Shown: positions 25,268 through 40,684, counted from the stretch's first letter. The stretch: DNA of 64,000 nt from Octopus vulgaris (GCA_951406725.2 OX597817.1:93620001-93684000); one strand, 5' to 3'. Notes: generated by a model not told the origin, from the letters alone. Made by a program: numbers and translations.

Positions 25268-27060
25268 CTTAGTCAGAGCATCAGCAAAAAACGCTTTGCA
25301 GTATTTGTTCTGCATCTTTACACACTGAGTTCAAATCTTGCCAAGGTCAACTTTGCCTTTCATCCTTTTGAGGTAATACTAGTCAATCGCTAGGATCAAT
25401 GTAATCACCTAACCGCTTGCCTTCAAAACTGCAGACCTTATACCTAAATTAGAAACCATTTATTAGTAATTATTAGAATAAAGTATAAAGTTACAGGTTG
25501 GAATCTGTGAGTGTGTGGTGTCTATGCTTTTCCTAACATAGACACCACACTCTCACAGTAGACTTAGTTGACTCCCCATCAATTTTACCTATTTTATAGA
25601 TGTCTTCATATAAATTTACATACACACACAAGAGTAACAACAAACATACACACAATACAGATAACAGGAAATGAAGTTAATTACATATCATTATCATCAT
25701 TAAGAAATGGCAAAAAAGTCAGTGAGGTGGCAGAATCGTTAGCATGCCGGGTGAAGTGCATAGCAGCATTTTGTCTGTTTTTATGTTCTGAGTTCAAAGT
25801 TCGCCAACGTCAACTTTGCCTTTTATCCTTTTGGGATCGATAAATTAAGTACCAGTCAGGTACAGGGGCTGATGTGATTGACTTCCCCATCCCCCAAAAT
25901 TTCAGGCCTTGTGTCTAAAGTAGAGAGGATCATTCAGGGGTAGCAACAAATTGCAGATCTGGGGTATCTCAGTAAATGACTTATGGTAGTAAGTTATGAT
26001 CCTTTTGTTTTGAGTTCAAATCCTACAGACATTGATTTTGCCTTATGCACCCTCAAACCTACGATAGTGCTTATTACAACTGGATTTGTAGAATTGTTAA
26101 AGCACCAGAAAAAATGGTTTGTTGCATTTATTCTGGCTCTTAACATTCTAGGTAAAAATTCTTTTGAGGTCAATTTTGTCTTTCAGCCTTTGGGGGCCCA
26201 TAAAATAAAAGTACCAATCAAGTATTGGGTTTGAGGATTTCAACTGTCCCATTTTCTCAAAACTGCTGGTCTTGTGCCAGGCAGAATCATTAGCATGCTG
26301 GATAAAATATTTCATCCATATATACATTCTAAGTTCAAATTCCACCGATGTTGACTTTACTTTTCAACTTTTCAGTGTCAATAAGTATCAGTGAAGCACT
26401 GGAATCAATTTAATCAATTCCCCTTCCTTCCCTACAAATTTCAAGCAGTGTGCGTGTAGTAGAAAGGATTATTATTACTATAAGGTGGCAAACTGGTAGA
26501 CGCATTAGGACATCAGTTAAATGTCTTGAAGTATTTCTTCTGAGTCCAAATCCTGCCTGGATCAGCTTTACCTTTCAACCATTTGGAGTTGATAAAAGAA
26601 TATCTGTTAAGTACTGGCATCAATTTAATCAACACATCTTCTCCCCTCAAATTGCTGGCCTTGTGCCTAAATCAAAAACCAATATTATCACTATCATTAT
26701 TATTAATGTTGTTGTTCAACTCCAATCTGCGATCAAGCAGCAGAACTATGAAAGAATGCACTTCAGCCTTGACCACTAGTTCTTGTTTTTATAGATTATA
26801 CGACCCTGTGTATCTGGTGAAATTATGAGGAAGACTTGGCTATTATCTTCTCTATAGTGCTACATTTAGTGACCACGTTTCAGCCAGGGCACAAGATTAG
26901 TAGTAATGATAGAGCAACAGACTAAAAATACTATGCAATATTTAAGTTACATATCTTTACATTCTGATTTTAAATCCAGCTAGAGTTAACTTTATTTTCC
27001 CGTATTAAATCCAGAATTGGTAACAGAACTGCTGAAGTACTGTTTTGGTCTAATGTAATG
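25268..27060 (+). mobile_element. Tandem cluster of about seven diverged SINE units with a Nin/Deu-like domain
   Basis: Recurrent gagttcaaat..gtcaactttgcctttcatccttt.gg..gataaa.taagtaccag at ~25330, 25790, 26010, 26150, 26330, 26540 and 26965. Confidence 0.65.
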
Positions 27061-27124
27061 TATACATACATACACACAAACACACACGTGTATATATACA
27101 TGGTCTAACATACATAATTATACA

Positions 27125-27535
27125 TCTTTTATCTGTTTCAGTCATTAGACTGCAGTCATGCTGGAGCACCACCTTGAAAACTTTTTAGTTGAATGAATTG
27201 ACCCTTGTACTAATTTTTTCCTTTTAAGCCTGGTACTTCTATCAGTCTCTTTTACTGAACTGCTAAGTTACAGGGACATAATCAAACCAACACCAGCTGT
27301 CAAGTGGTGGATATAGACATAAAGACACACATACATATATATATATACACACACACACATATATATATGATGGGCTTCTTTCAGTTTCTATCTATTAAAT
27401 CCACTCACAAGGCTTTGATTGGCCCAAGGCTATAGTATAAGACACTTACTTGCCCAAGGTTCCATGCAGTGGGACTGAACTTGGAACCTCGTGGTTAGGT
27501 AGCAAGCTTCTTACCACACAGCTACACCAGCACCT
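27125..27535 (-). mobile_element. Full-length SINE S1
   Basis: Reverse complement of the 14486-14858 family with internal (TA)/(CA). Confidence 0.8.
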
Positions 27536-29587
27536 ATGCATATGTTTATAATTGTTGAACTTGAGAAGAGCCAAAATATCAAATGACTTTATATCATATA
27601 AACTAGCAAGAATATGAAGATATTTTTAATTATTAATAAAAGTCTGTGGAGAAGGGGAATGCTATTTGAGGCATACAAGTCATTGTTACACAAGTATATA
27701 TAAGACCCTTGTCTTCACATCACATGATGGCTGTAAAATGAGCATCACCATCATACAAGCAATACTGCTCATTTCCAATCTTCTGTGAAATACATGCCAG
27801 GCTGTGAGGAAATATTGCTTTGCTTGGAAGCATGTGATAAGTGAGAATAAGAAGGGCATCCAGCCATAGAAAATCCTTTTCAACAAATTCTGTCTGATCC
27901 ATGAAAGCAAAGAAACGTGAATGATAAAGCAATGATAATGATGACAATACATATTTTTACTGGATATAATCTGTCTTCCCGATAAGATTCCACAACTCTG
28001 GTACCATAAATTTGGATGGAAACTCCACTTTTCAGGAGCAGCACTAACAAGTATAGAAGGCATATTCTGGCTGATCTGTGTATGCCCAATGGCTTGGACC
28101 TCTAGAAAGATACCAAAGCAATGGAAATCTGCAGTAATAATCCCAATGGGTTCCCAGTCCCTTATACACATGCATAGTCTGCTTATTTCTTCATTGAGCA
28201 AGTTTCACTTTGCTGTTGAATCTTAATTTTCATCAGAAACACTGTTTATTATTCAGTTTGTTCATTTAGGTACACTACTACACATGCACCCAATGGGCTT
28301 CTTTCAGTTTCCATCTATCAAATCCACTCATAAGGCTTTGGTTGGCTCAGGGCTATTGTTAATGACACTTGCTCAAGGTACCACTCAGTGGGACTAAACC
28401 CAAGACCACATGGTTGGGAAGAAAGCTTTTCAACCTCACAGCCTGGATATACACGCACGCTACTCAGTGTATGGGTGTGTGTATAATATGTGTATATGAT
28501 GTGTTGATGCAGATTTTCTATGGTTGGATGCACTTCCTATCATTAAATTCACTGGTTTCCATGCAAGGCAATATTTCCTAAAGGCCAAACATTTTCTCAC
28601 AAAAGATTGAAAATGAACACTTGTATAATGGATTGTTCATTTACAAGCATCCTATGATACCAAGACAAGGGTGTATACACACACACACATGTGCATACAC
28701 ATACATGTATATATGATGGGGTTCTTTCAGTGCCTGTTGACCAAATCTGCTCACAAGGGTGGCTTAGGGCTTTAGTAGAAGATACATGTTCAAAGTGCAG
28801 CACAGTGAGACTGAACCTGAAACCAGATGATTATACATATATATATGTACAAGTATCTGCTTATATATATATATATATATAGACACACATATATATATCA
28901 TGGGATGATATGTCACAAACTGCATGACCTTGGTATCATTGGGAAACTAAGGGAGTAGGTGCATGACTTTTTGAAAATAGGAGTCAGGACAGTTGCAGCT
29001 AATACTGCTCCTCCTCTGTCTTTCTCTCTGAGGAGACATCAATACCAAGTGGAGTCTTTCAAGTAGCTATACAACTACTGTTTGTGGTGGCTCTCAGAGA
29101 CATGCCCTCAATCATATAGTCAGCCACTCTAACCAGCTATGCTACTGACATATCCCAACTCTGGGACTGAAAATTATACCATTCACTGGAATTTACGTCA
29201 TTGCATAGTATCAAAGAATCTACTTGCTTTGTTAGGACCCAATACTGCAACAGTTTAGGGTTCAAAGATCCACAACTTTTTTTAATAGTTTGTCAAGAGC
29301 CCACAGAGATCTATGAGAAGTAAATGTGGCTATGTTGCAAGAATAATTACACAAAATTTTATCTGATATATCAGATGAACCCGCATCACAGTAAGAAACA
29401 CAAAGAAGGGCATCCATGTCCAACTTACTACTTCACTAGGAGTGATTCTGGAGTCAAGGTTAGTAAATAAGTCTAAAATATATATATATATATCAAGTTA
29501 TAATGTCATTGCTGTAAAGTATTGATTGGGTATTATCTGATGGTTGATGATTGATTGATTTAAGTATGTTTCTCCATTTTCTCATTT

Positions 29588-29627
<40 letters not shown>

Positions 29628-31156
29628 ACCTATGTAAATGTCTACACATAGACATCCAATGTATGTATATGATCTCTGTCATTTAAGAATGAGAATTCAG
29701 TTGTTTCATGTACTGAATTTCCTGTTTCTAGATTAAGTGGTTTAGCATTCCACAGACACATGTACCCTTAACTTAATTCTCATGAAGAACAGTATGTGAC
29801 ATGACTGTATCTTTCGAATCACAGTATCTCCTTGATGGGGTTCTAAACAGTTTCCACACACCCAGTTTCACAAACATTGTATGTCTCAATCAAAGGCTCT
29901 TGAAAATGACATTTATCTATGATGCAATGTAGTGAGGTTTAACGCGGAACCTTGTGGTTGCAAAACAAACATTTTTGCCATTTGGTTATAATGTACCTAC
30001 AAATATAAACTATTTCTAGCACCACCTTTAATACTTCCATCACGACTCAACATCAATTTCAACTCGCTACATCTTACCCATAACTCCACCTTTATCATGG
30101 TCATCTTTCTGTCTATATGAGTGTATATTTATCTTTCTGTCTTGTTTACATTTGTTTTTGAATCTAATAACAAGTTATGATCACAAGCGTCAAACTAATA
30201 CACATTGTTGTTCCCTAACCTATCTCCGTCTTTTGTACAATTTCGAACCACATACACACACACATGCTGGCATATAATAGGGATTACTGACCCCACCCCG
30301 AGGTTTTAAATGTTTTGAAGAAACATCTTTGTGTGTAAATTACCAAATGTTGATATTCCAAGTCTATTAATCTGAAAAAAGGTGGAAAAAATACCTAAGT
30401 TAAAGTAATAGGTGTATAAAGTCTAGTTAAAAGAAGTGCATGCAAAAAAACTCTTTTCTAAATTTTATCAAGTTAACTGTACACCCTCGAGAAAAGCATC
30501 TGCAACATTTCGTTTAAAAATATGCAATTGTCAGAAAGTTGAGATGAAATAAAAGTCAGCGGCGAGGAGTAGGCACCGATCTGTAGGGATGCCATATAAT
30601 TCTGAAACCAGTTGGATTGGGTGGGCATACATGTATATATTAGTGGTTTAGTAATTGCTTTTCCTCATCACTAAATTAAAATCCGTTTCGAAATACTCAA
30701 ATTATATGTTAGTTACAAAACCTGGTTTTGGGAATTTCGTTACACACACACACACATTTATGAGAAAGAGGCAGGCTAATATCAAACAAAAACGAGTGTG
30801 CACGTCTGTCTGTAAATGGGTGATCTGGTCATCGTTCTTTCCAAAATCTGTTAAAAAGAATAATCGAACCGTCGTTAAGAATTATCTTTACAACTAATTG
30901 ATATTGTGGTAAAGGGGCGCTAGCAAGATTCAGTGTATGATAATACTATGCCTGACAGAAACCACAGCAACGGGATATGTGCATGTGTGTATAAATAGAA
31001 CAAATATATGTATATGCATGAGTGTACACTCACACATACATGAATATAAAAATTCGTGGATGTATGGATGTGAATAAACCTTCATTAATTCCCATACCTT
31101 TTTCAAATAGTTTCTTTATCTTCAAACATCTTGTCATTGCAATTAAGAATAAAGCA

Positions 31157-31202
<46 letters not shown>

Positions 31203-31973
31203 CCACGTATGTGTGTCTACCTTATGTGCCAAGTCAATTTACTAACGTATGTAGATTATTTTGTTTGTATCTGCTCTGTCCACCTCGGTCAGATATAATG
31301 CTTTTGTTTGCGTGCGTGTGTCTTCAAACGTTCGGAAGGAAGTCGGATTCATTAAGTTTCCAGCAAACCTTTAAAGATATTACTTCACTTTTGTATTTGG
31401 TTCACACGATTCTTAGTGTGAAATCTTGTGTTGCAACAAATCTTGTCTTGAGAGAGTCATTACATCAATAATATTGACATGTACAGTGTGTGTAGTATTA
31501 TTATTGGTATAATGACCCTACTAAAATACAATAAGCTTTAAAAATATATCAATCTTGACATACATATATTAAAGAAATATGAAGTATGTTTCTCGTAGAA
31601 GGTATTATTCTCGTTCATTAAGCAGGAGAGGGGTGTTGTCCGAAACATTAAACTGTTTCTCATATCGCCTGGCGGCACAAAGACTTAACTTTAATTACTA
31701 TTTTAAATGTATTCATTTGGTTGGTTTCGTTTTTCATGATAAGCTTAATAACCACATCAACACTATATAACTAGTTTTCTGAGATTCTCATTTCTCATCC
31801 TATCCTTTCATAATTTTTCGGCTGATAGCTTGTATTGTTGGATGTGATGTGTCAGGTTTTCCTTAAGTAGAGGACTATGAAGCACGCATGTACGGCAAGG
31901 GTTTATATGTGTTTATTATGTGTGGTTTATATTCAGCAGCGAGGCATTCAATCCGTGAGCGATATATATATGT

Positions 31974-32252
31974 GGCATTCCTTCGATATAACTCGACAAA
32001 ATCAAAACATTTCACTTGGGGTATTTCCGTGGGTTGTGGAGTAGAGATATAACAAAATTATGCCAGCAATGTCTCATTTTAAACATTGAAAAAAAAAAAA
32101 AAAACCTTTGCATATTTGTTCTTACCTGTTTCATGTGTGTAAGTAAAATCCGCAAATTTCCAAGCAGAAACAGAATCGAACTGTCATTTGCTTCCACGGA
32201 AATACCCGAAGTGAAATGTTTTGATTTTGTCGAGTTATATCGAAAGAATGCC
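31974..32252. mobile_element. MITE-like element with ~58-bp terminal inverted repeats
   Basis: ggcattccttcgatataactcgacaaaatcaaaacatttcacttggggtatttccgtgg is mirrored at 32193-32252. No clear TSD. Confidence 0.75.
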
Positions 32253-33169
32253 GAAGGAAACGATACACACACGTACTTGTGGTTTTCTTTTAGTATCTAA
32301 TTTGAAAATATTTAGTGCAGCAAAAACCGTAATTAATTTTTTTTTTTGTTTCGGAACTCTTTTAGGCATCGTAGATTACGACAAACCAGTTAAAAAAGGA
32401 AAAGTGCCCCACGTAATTTGACTTTCTTTTGAAATGCTATTTTATATATAATATGCCTTAAACATCAAGGAATTTGATTCTTCAAAATCACGCGTAAAAT
32501 AAATCTGAAATATGTCCTTTTCGTTTCTACACATTCGTAAACTACGATGCTTAAAACCTACAGATCCGAAGAAATTACGGTTGGAGGAACAAAAGATAAT
32601 TTCTGACTATTTTATAGGAGTGCACGCACATGTATATGTGTACATGTGGGCATGTATATGTGTGTTAGGAAATGAGGAAGGATTTCTGTATACAAACTTT
32701 GTATGGGTTATTTATTATTCATCAATGGAACCCTGTCTGCAGACAGAGAAAGAGAACAGAGAGTAGTGCGAGTGTTATTGCTCTAGATTAACATGAAATG
32801 TGACTGTATGGTTACAAACATTAACATAGAGATTTGTGCATGTTTGTATGTCGGTAAAGTGAGACAAAAACAGAGAGGACTTGGTGTGTATGTAAAAGAA
32901 AAAAGATCAAAATATAACAGTGTGCACGACTGGTATATATGGAAGGGTGCCTGTGAAAAACCCTGTTGAAATTGTCACTGAGATAGCGACATAACTGTTG
33001 GCGTAAACACATTATATACGTGTGTGTGTGTGTGTAAGTATGTATATATATATACAGAGAGAGAAAGAGAAAGATATTTATGTATGTGTGTATCAACACA
33101 AATGAATTCTTAATGTATTTTTAAACAAATATGCCAATTAGAATAATGTATAGGTTTATATTTACTCAC

Positions 33170-33259
33170 CTGTGACAATGGGACGGTAGTAGAGGCCTGG
33201 CTTTGTAGTACTGCCAACAGACCGAACACAAATAAAGTCGTTTTAAGTAGCATTTCCAT
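33170..33259 (-). CDS. Probable first coding exon of a host secreted or membrane protein (signal peptide)
   Basis: Strong Kozak ggaATGG. Encodes MEMLLKTTLFVFGLLAVLQSQASTTVPLSQ (basic n-region, hydrophobic h-region, S-Q-A cleavage site). Ends in consensus donor CAG|GTGAGT, phase 0, in non-repetitive sequence. Confidence 0.7.
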
Positions 33260-34442
33260 TCCGACTTTGATCTAAGTATGTATAAATATATATATGCAGA
33301 TTATGAACCAATAGGAACAGGGAAACTAACTCCAATAAAGCAATCAGACATATATATATTTACACACTCAGATGTAATCTATATATATATAAGAGTATAA
33401 GATAAATATGTATATATGTATTTATCTTTCCTTTTGAAATTCCGAAATGAGCGATTGAGAAAAACTGATTTGAAAAAATATAAATGGCAAGAAAGAATAG
33501 ATTAAAACACCTTTCTTTCGTAATTTTTTTTGTTTTCTTTATATATATAAATTTTTAAAATCCAGTGGGAATATATTTCGTGTGTGTGTGCGTGTATATA
33601 TATATAAATGAAATATATATATTATATATTTATGTATATATATGTATGTACAACGTGAAGGCGGGAGAGCGGAATATTTAGGATCAGCTCACATAAAATC
33701 TATCGCTTCTTTTGCTGTTATATATCAACACCGTCAACATTATAAGTAAACATGTGTATAGTGTGTGTGTTTTTTTGGGGTTTTTTTTGCCAATTTATAT
33801 ATAACTGAGTGCATATACTTATATTGAGTGAACGTATGTGCTTGAATATAAAACAAAATAAAATTAAAATACAAAATATATATTATAGTCGTCGCTTTCT
33901 TACAGAATCAATGAATGTAGTTTCATATTAAACGGTGATATGGTGGCTAAAGATAACAAGAAAAAAGAATCCAACGTCGCTTTTGATTTGGAATTATTCC
34001 GTCCTCATGTATTATTGCTGTTTTAGTATAAATTGCCCAGATCGTCAATGTATAGGTTGAAATGTGCATGTGTGTATACAGTATGGGTGTTTAAAGCGGT
34101 AATAGCGCTAAGCGACGGGTGGGCGGCGGTGTACAAGTATTTCTATTGAACGACAAGAGTAGCAGTGAAGCAGAGTTACTTGGCATAGGACGGCGAGTAA
34201 ATTATTACGCCGAGCGCGGAAGGATATCATTGCTAAGGCTTTAATGTCAAAAGGGAGGTGGTGTAGCATAAAGAGAGGCTAAGGGGGAGAAAAAGAAAAT
34301 AAAGGAGGAAGAGAAAGAGGAGAGGAGGCAGAATAATAAACGAATGAGAGAAAACAGGAGAGAGAGAGAGAATGGGTAAAACTGATAGACTACCGAGCAA
34401 GAAAAAGAGAATAAGGGCGCTAATGATGTGTGTATATACATA

Positions 34443-34533
<91 letters not shown>

Positions 34534-34961
34534 ATAATTACAGCATTATATAGGGAGAACGACTAAAAGGAGAAACGGAGTGTGAGTGGGTTAGGGAAAA
34601 GCATACTGAATTAAAGAGAAAGAAAGAGATAAAGAGACGTAAGATGAAAACAAGCGAAGGTTTAAAAGACGGAGGGATAGTGAGAGGGTAAATAGAGGTT
34701 ATAAAGATAGGCAAAAGAGGGCGTAAGGGAGAGAAACAGAAAGTGAGTCGGTATTAAGGGGAAGAAACGGAAAGAGCGATGAGAGAAAAAGAAGCCAGGG
34801 TGGTGTAAGTCGAGAAAGCGAAAGAAGTCTGCGTGCGCGTGTATACATGTATGTGTGTGTGTACATTTCATGTGTATTTTGTGTGTGCGCGCGCGCATGG
34901 TAAGTATACATGCATTTATATATGAGTGAGTGTATATATATGTATATATAATGTACATACA

Positions 34962-35200
34962 CCTTTTATCTTTTATCTTTTACTTGCCTCAGTCATTAGA
35001 CTGTGGCCATGCTGGAGCACCACCTTATATATATATATATATATATATACATATATATATACACACCAGGCTTCTTTCAGTTTCCGACTACCAAATCCGC
35101 TTACATGGCATTGGTCGGCCCGAGACTATTGCAAAAAACACTTGCGCAAGGTGCCATGCATTCGGACTGGGCCCGGACTGTGACTATGAAGTAAACTTTT
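34962..35200 (-). mobile_element. SINE S1 (internally deleted)
   Basis: cagtcattagactgtggccatgctggagcacc tail and ggcttctttcagtttcc...caaggtgcc head, both reversed. Confidence 0.7.
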
Positions 35201-35247
35201 TTACCTCAGACCCACGGACATATGTATACGTACGTGTGAGTATATAC

Positions 35248-35611
35248 AGGCGCAATAGTGGATGTGTGGTAAGTAGCTTGCTTACCAACTACATGGTTCC
35301 AGGTTCACTTGGGCAAGTGTCTTCTTCTATGGCTCCGGGCCGACCAAAGCCTTGTGAGTGGATTTGGCAGACGGAAACTGAAAGAAGCTTGTATATACAC
35401 GACGGGCTTCTTTATGTGTGTATATGTTTGTTTGTCCCCGCAACATCGATTGACAATCAATGCTGGTGTGTTTACGTTCCCGTAAATTAGTTATTCGGCA
35501 AAGATAGAATAAGTACTAGGATTACAAAGAATAAGTCCTGGGTCGATTTGCTCGACTAAAGGCGGTGCTGCAGCATGGTCGTAGTCAAATGACTAAAACA
35601 AGTCCAAGAGA

Positions 35612-35615
<4 letters not shown>
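35248..35615 (+). mobile_element. SINE S1
   Basis: tgtgtggtaagtagcttgcttaccaac...gggcaagtgtcttc...gtcgatttgctcgactaaaggcggtgc. Confidence 0.8.
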
Positions 35616-35657
<42 letters not shown>

Positions 35658-35735
35658 TGTATGTATATTTTGGGAATGTGTACGAATAACAAGGAATAAC
35701 ATTTGCGTTTGACTCCATTTCTTAATTTATCCATG

Positions 35736-35774
<39 letters not shown>

Positions 35775-35879
35775 GCACACACACACACACACACACAAAT
35801 ATATATATTGTTTTTTGTTTTGTTTTTTTGTTTTTCCAGTTTCAGCTCTTGAGCTGTGGCCATGCTGGGGCACCGCCAT

Positions 35880-36691
<812 letters not shown>

Positions 36692-36695
36692 TATA

Positions 36696-36757
<62 letters not shown>

Positions 36758-36828
36758 ACACGCTGGAATTGTTTCTCTTTCAGCACACGATCTCAGATCA
36801 GGACACGTGCTATGTAAGTACATCTCCG

Positions 36829-36888
<60 letters not shown>

Positions 36889-36974
36889 GTATATATATAT
36901 ATGCATATATATACATGTGTGTCTCTATGTATATACGCATATATGTGTGTGCGTGTGTGCATATATATATATGC

Positions 36975-37137
36975 AGGCGTGGCTATGTAGAAAGAAGCTC
37001 GCTTCCCAACCACATGGCTTTGGGTTCAGTCTCATTGCGTGGTACTTTGGGCAAGTGACTTCGACTATAGCCTCGGGTCCACCAAAGCCTTGTGAGTGAG
37101 TGAATTTGGTAGACGGAAACCGAAAGAAGCCCGTCGC

Positions 37138-37140
<3 letters not shown>
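36975..37140 (+). mobile_element. SINE S1 head
   Basis: ggcgtggctatgtag...gggttcagtctc...gggcaagtg...gaaagaagcccgtcg. Confidence 0.75.
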
Positions 37141-37175
<35 letters not shown>

Positions 37176-37243
37176 GCATGTGTGTGTGTGTTAATTTCAT
37201 GTCAATAATTACTATACAAAACTACATCATACAGTACTACATT

Positions 37244-37380
37244 TTAGAGATGAGGTATTCTGTACATTATTTACATTGGCCGGATATGTGTCCTTCGTCT
37301 GATTTACTCTGATGTTGTTGTTGTTGTTCTTCTTGTTCTTGTTCTTGTTCTTGTTCTTGTTGTTCTTCTTCTTCTTCTTC

Positions 37381-37434
<54 letters not shown>

Positions 37435-37610
37435 CAGGCACTGCCTTGAATAAATAATAATAATAACATCAGCAAAACACACCTTAGGAATAAGAACCCA
37501 GGGTTGGGTTCAAAATTCTGCCAGAACACCTGATGAAGGCTGGAGAGTAAATCAAACGAAACTTTGTGGTAACAACAAACAAGATGAGGACACATATCCG
37601 TCCAATTTAA
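37244..37610. mobile_element. Palindromic hammerhead element family A, copy 2 (older, left arm partly deleted)
   Basis: Left arm keeps only the tail. Centre is (TTG)(TTC)(TTA)n plus ttccaggcactg. Right arm has CTGATGA at 37530. Confidence 0.7.
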
Positions 37611-37743
37611 AGAAAGTAAATGAATCTATATTATTACACTAAATATGAAATCAATTGGAAAAAAATCTAAGAAATTGAAAAGTGGCAGCAAAACAGAAAA
37701 GATTCTATCTATATATATATATATCATCTATCTATACATATGC

Positions 37744-37798
<55 letters not shown>

Positions 37799-37839
37799 CA
37801 CATACACACACACACTCACACTTCCCAGTACCCACACCA

Positions 37840-38118
37840 TCATCACACACCTACACATTACAGACGCATACACTTACACATTTACACACTCTCACATACA
37901 CACGCACACGCACCTTTGTTTTGGGATCACCAATACTTTATTATCTCCCCTTCTTCCTAGCCCTCTAGTCTAACTGCCTCTGTCCAGCCAACCGCCATGA
38001 TTGACTACTAGCTCCAAAGGTTTTTTTATTTTCTCTCTGTTTATTTCTTCGAGTTCCTTTCTGTCGAAGAGCGTAAGCTCGAAACGTAAAAGACGTTCCC
38101 GGGCGTTCAACTAATACA
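37840..38118 (+). mobile_element. Penelope-like 3'UTR/pLTR fragment (family B) with hammerhead-like motif at 38056-38093
   Basis: Homologous to the reverse complement of 56590-56820. Motif ccttt CTGTCGA a gagc gtaa gctc GAAA cgta aaaga. Confidence 0.7.
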
Positions 38119-38182
38119 TACATACATACACTCGTATGCCGTGAGCTAAACAGTAAACGTTTATCAATCTATCTAGTTATCT

Positions 38183-38225
<43 letters not shown>

Positions 38226-38736
38226 TTTATATATATATATATATGGTGGCTGCCCCCTCGTTATCGAGTATGGCCATTGCCGAAACTTAATCAATGTTGT
38301 TATCGTGCAATGCCTGTGCAAGAAGATTTTTTTTAAAGTGAGGAAAGGCTGTGCACTGAGTTAATCCCACTCACTAAGCAACAGCAGCTATAATCCGAAA
38401 AGAAGAACAAGTCAACATCATCGGTAACCACTGAGCCGCAGGTTTTATGTCAGAGTCATCCCAGTTACCTGAGTTACCTTCTCCTAGAAGGATGCCCTAA
38501 CAAAGGCTAGGAGTCCTTCACTCCCAATGGTTTAACCGCGCGATCGGGTATTTAGTTTGATTATTTCTATGTCAGCCTTAAGATACAGCCTTAAGACATT
38601 TATTGGATGGCTGTTGACTCTCAAGAGTTCTTCCGCCCTTTGACGGGTTCTGTTATTCATCCCGCAGGGTGTCCAATAAACAAGCTTGGTGCAAAATTTT
38701 TCTGGAATAAATAAGTGACGAAAACCACAAAGATCC

Positions 38737-38773
<37 letters not shown>

Positions 38774-38807
38774 ATGTGTGTGTGTGTGTGTGTGTATATA
38801 ATAAAAT

Positions 38808-39046
38808 TAATGCGCCCTTTTAAAGCCTAGCCAGGCTCATGGGCCCGGTTTCAGTGGCGTATGTGTTCCCCAGCTGGACGGGACGCCAGTCCATCGCAGC
38901 GTTACTCATTTTTGCCAGCTGAGTGGATTTGAGCAACGTGAATGGAAGTGCTTTGCTCAGGAACAACGCGTCGCCCGGTCCAGGAATCGAAACCACAATC
39001 TTACAATCATGGTGCTGACACCCTAACCATTAAGCCACGCGCTTCC
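38808..39046 (-). mobile_element. tRNA-derived SINE family S3 with V-domain-like block
   Basis: Head gcgcgtggcttaatggttagg...ggtttcgattcctgg; central ctgcgatggactggcgtcccgtccag resembles the V-SINE domain. Confidence 0.7.
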
Positions 39047-40470
39047 ATACACACACACGCACACAGACACACACATATATATACACACGTGTATGTGTGT
39101 GTATGTAATTTACATATATACCATACATACGTACACACACATATATATATGTATGTGTGTAAATACAAGTGTGTATGTTTTCGTGTTACAGCGCGCGCGT
39201 TATGGGTGCTTGTACGTATGTATGCATGTGTGTATTAATATAAGACTGTGTAGTCATGGCTGAGTTATCTCTTGAGTATTGATCTATTTGCTCTGAGACT
39301 ATCCTGGTATTAAACAACAACAACAATGGCAGCAGCAGCAACAATATATTTTTCTTTAATTAAGGCAAATTCTGTTGAATTCCCGAACAGCTGTAAAGCA
39401 TCTGAAATCGACTTCGGCAGGATTTTCAAGGACAGCAGGATATCTCAACCCCGACACCACTTCATTTCTGCCACTTTATTGCCATTATACACGTTATATA
39501 AATAAATAATTAAATGATTAAAGAATTATATGAAATAAGTAGTAAGTAGTTCTAATTAAATGAACAGATAGATTTTTGATATCTGAAGTGAAATTTAAGC
39601 TGAAGGGAGCTGTTGAAGGAAACGACATGAGGTCCAGAATAGTTGTTATAATGATGGTGTTGATGGTGTAGAGGAGTCGCGCTGATGGCGGTCGGGTCCT
39701 TGCGAAAGTGGTGATGATTGTAATAAGGATGATGGTGGTGATAATAGTGGTGGTGCTAATGGCTTTATTGCTGTTGTTGTTCCTCATCCTAGTGGTTATT
39801 GTTGTTGTTGTTGTTGTCGTTGTTGGTGGTGGTGGTGGTGGTGTAGCTTACTATCATCCCTGAGCATTCAAAAATTGTCGTGACGTAGGTAAGAGTAGAT
39901 AAGCATCCGAACCTACAGGGTGTACCCTACATCCCAGTACTCCTGACTCACCCGGATATTCTTGAATTCTCAACGCATCCGGCATGTCAAAGGCCCAATG
40001 ATTACTGGTGCAATAGTTTATCGTTCGACTAAGATTCCACCCATGACCATCCCATTTTTTTTCTTACTGTACTGAATTCGTTCCATATCTTCTGATATTG
40101 CAAAGTGGTTGTTTATAAGGTTTATCAGCATCCGGGAACCTATATTTGTTTATTCCAGCCTCTGGAAACAACAGTGAACACGTTCTCAAAACATAACCTA
40201 GTCTTTTGAAAAAATAAAAAGAATTGTATAATGCGACTGGTAGATTTTGCAAAAGAAAAAAGACATAACGGTCAATACTGGAATGTCGTTGATCGTAGAC
40301 CAACTCAGACATGTTTGTTCTAGCGCTACAGAACAACAACAAAAATAATAACATTTATCATAGAATCTCTATCCCTTCTCTGAAATATTACGAGGTTACT
40401 TTGATATTATATTATATATTTCTCTTATACTTTTCAAAATATAAGAAATTTTATAAAAGTTTTACAAATG

Positions 40471-40645
40471 TGGAGGCGCAATGGCCCAGTAGTTAGGGCA
40501 GCGGACTCGCGGTCGTAGGATCACGATTTCGATTCGCAGACCGAGGGTTGTGAGTGTTTATTGTGCTTACCAACCACTTGGTTCCGGGTTCAGTCCCACT
40601 GCGTGGCACCTTGGGTAAGTGTCTTCTACTATAGCCTCGGGCTAT
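40471..40645 (+). mobile_element. Chimeric SINE: S2 head fused to S1 head
   Basis: tggaggcgcaatggcccag...gtgtttattg switches at ~40563 to gcttaccaaccac...ggcaccttgggtaagtgtcttctactatagcctcggg. Confidence 0.75.
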
Positions 40646-40647
40646 GC

Positions 40648-40684
<37 letters not shown>

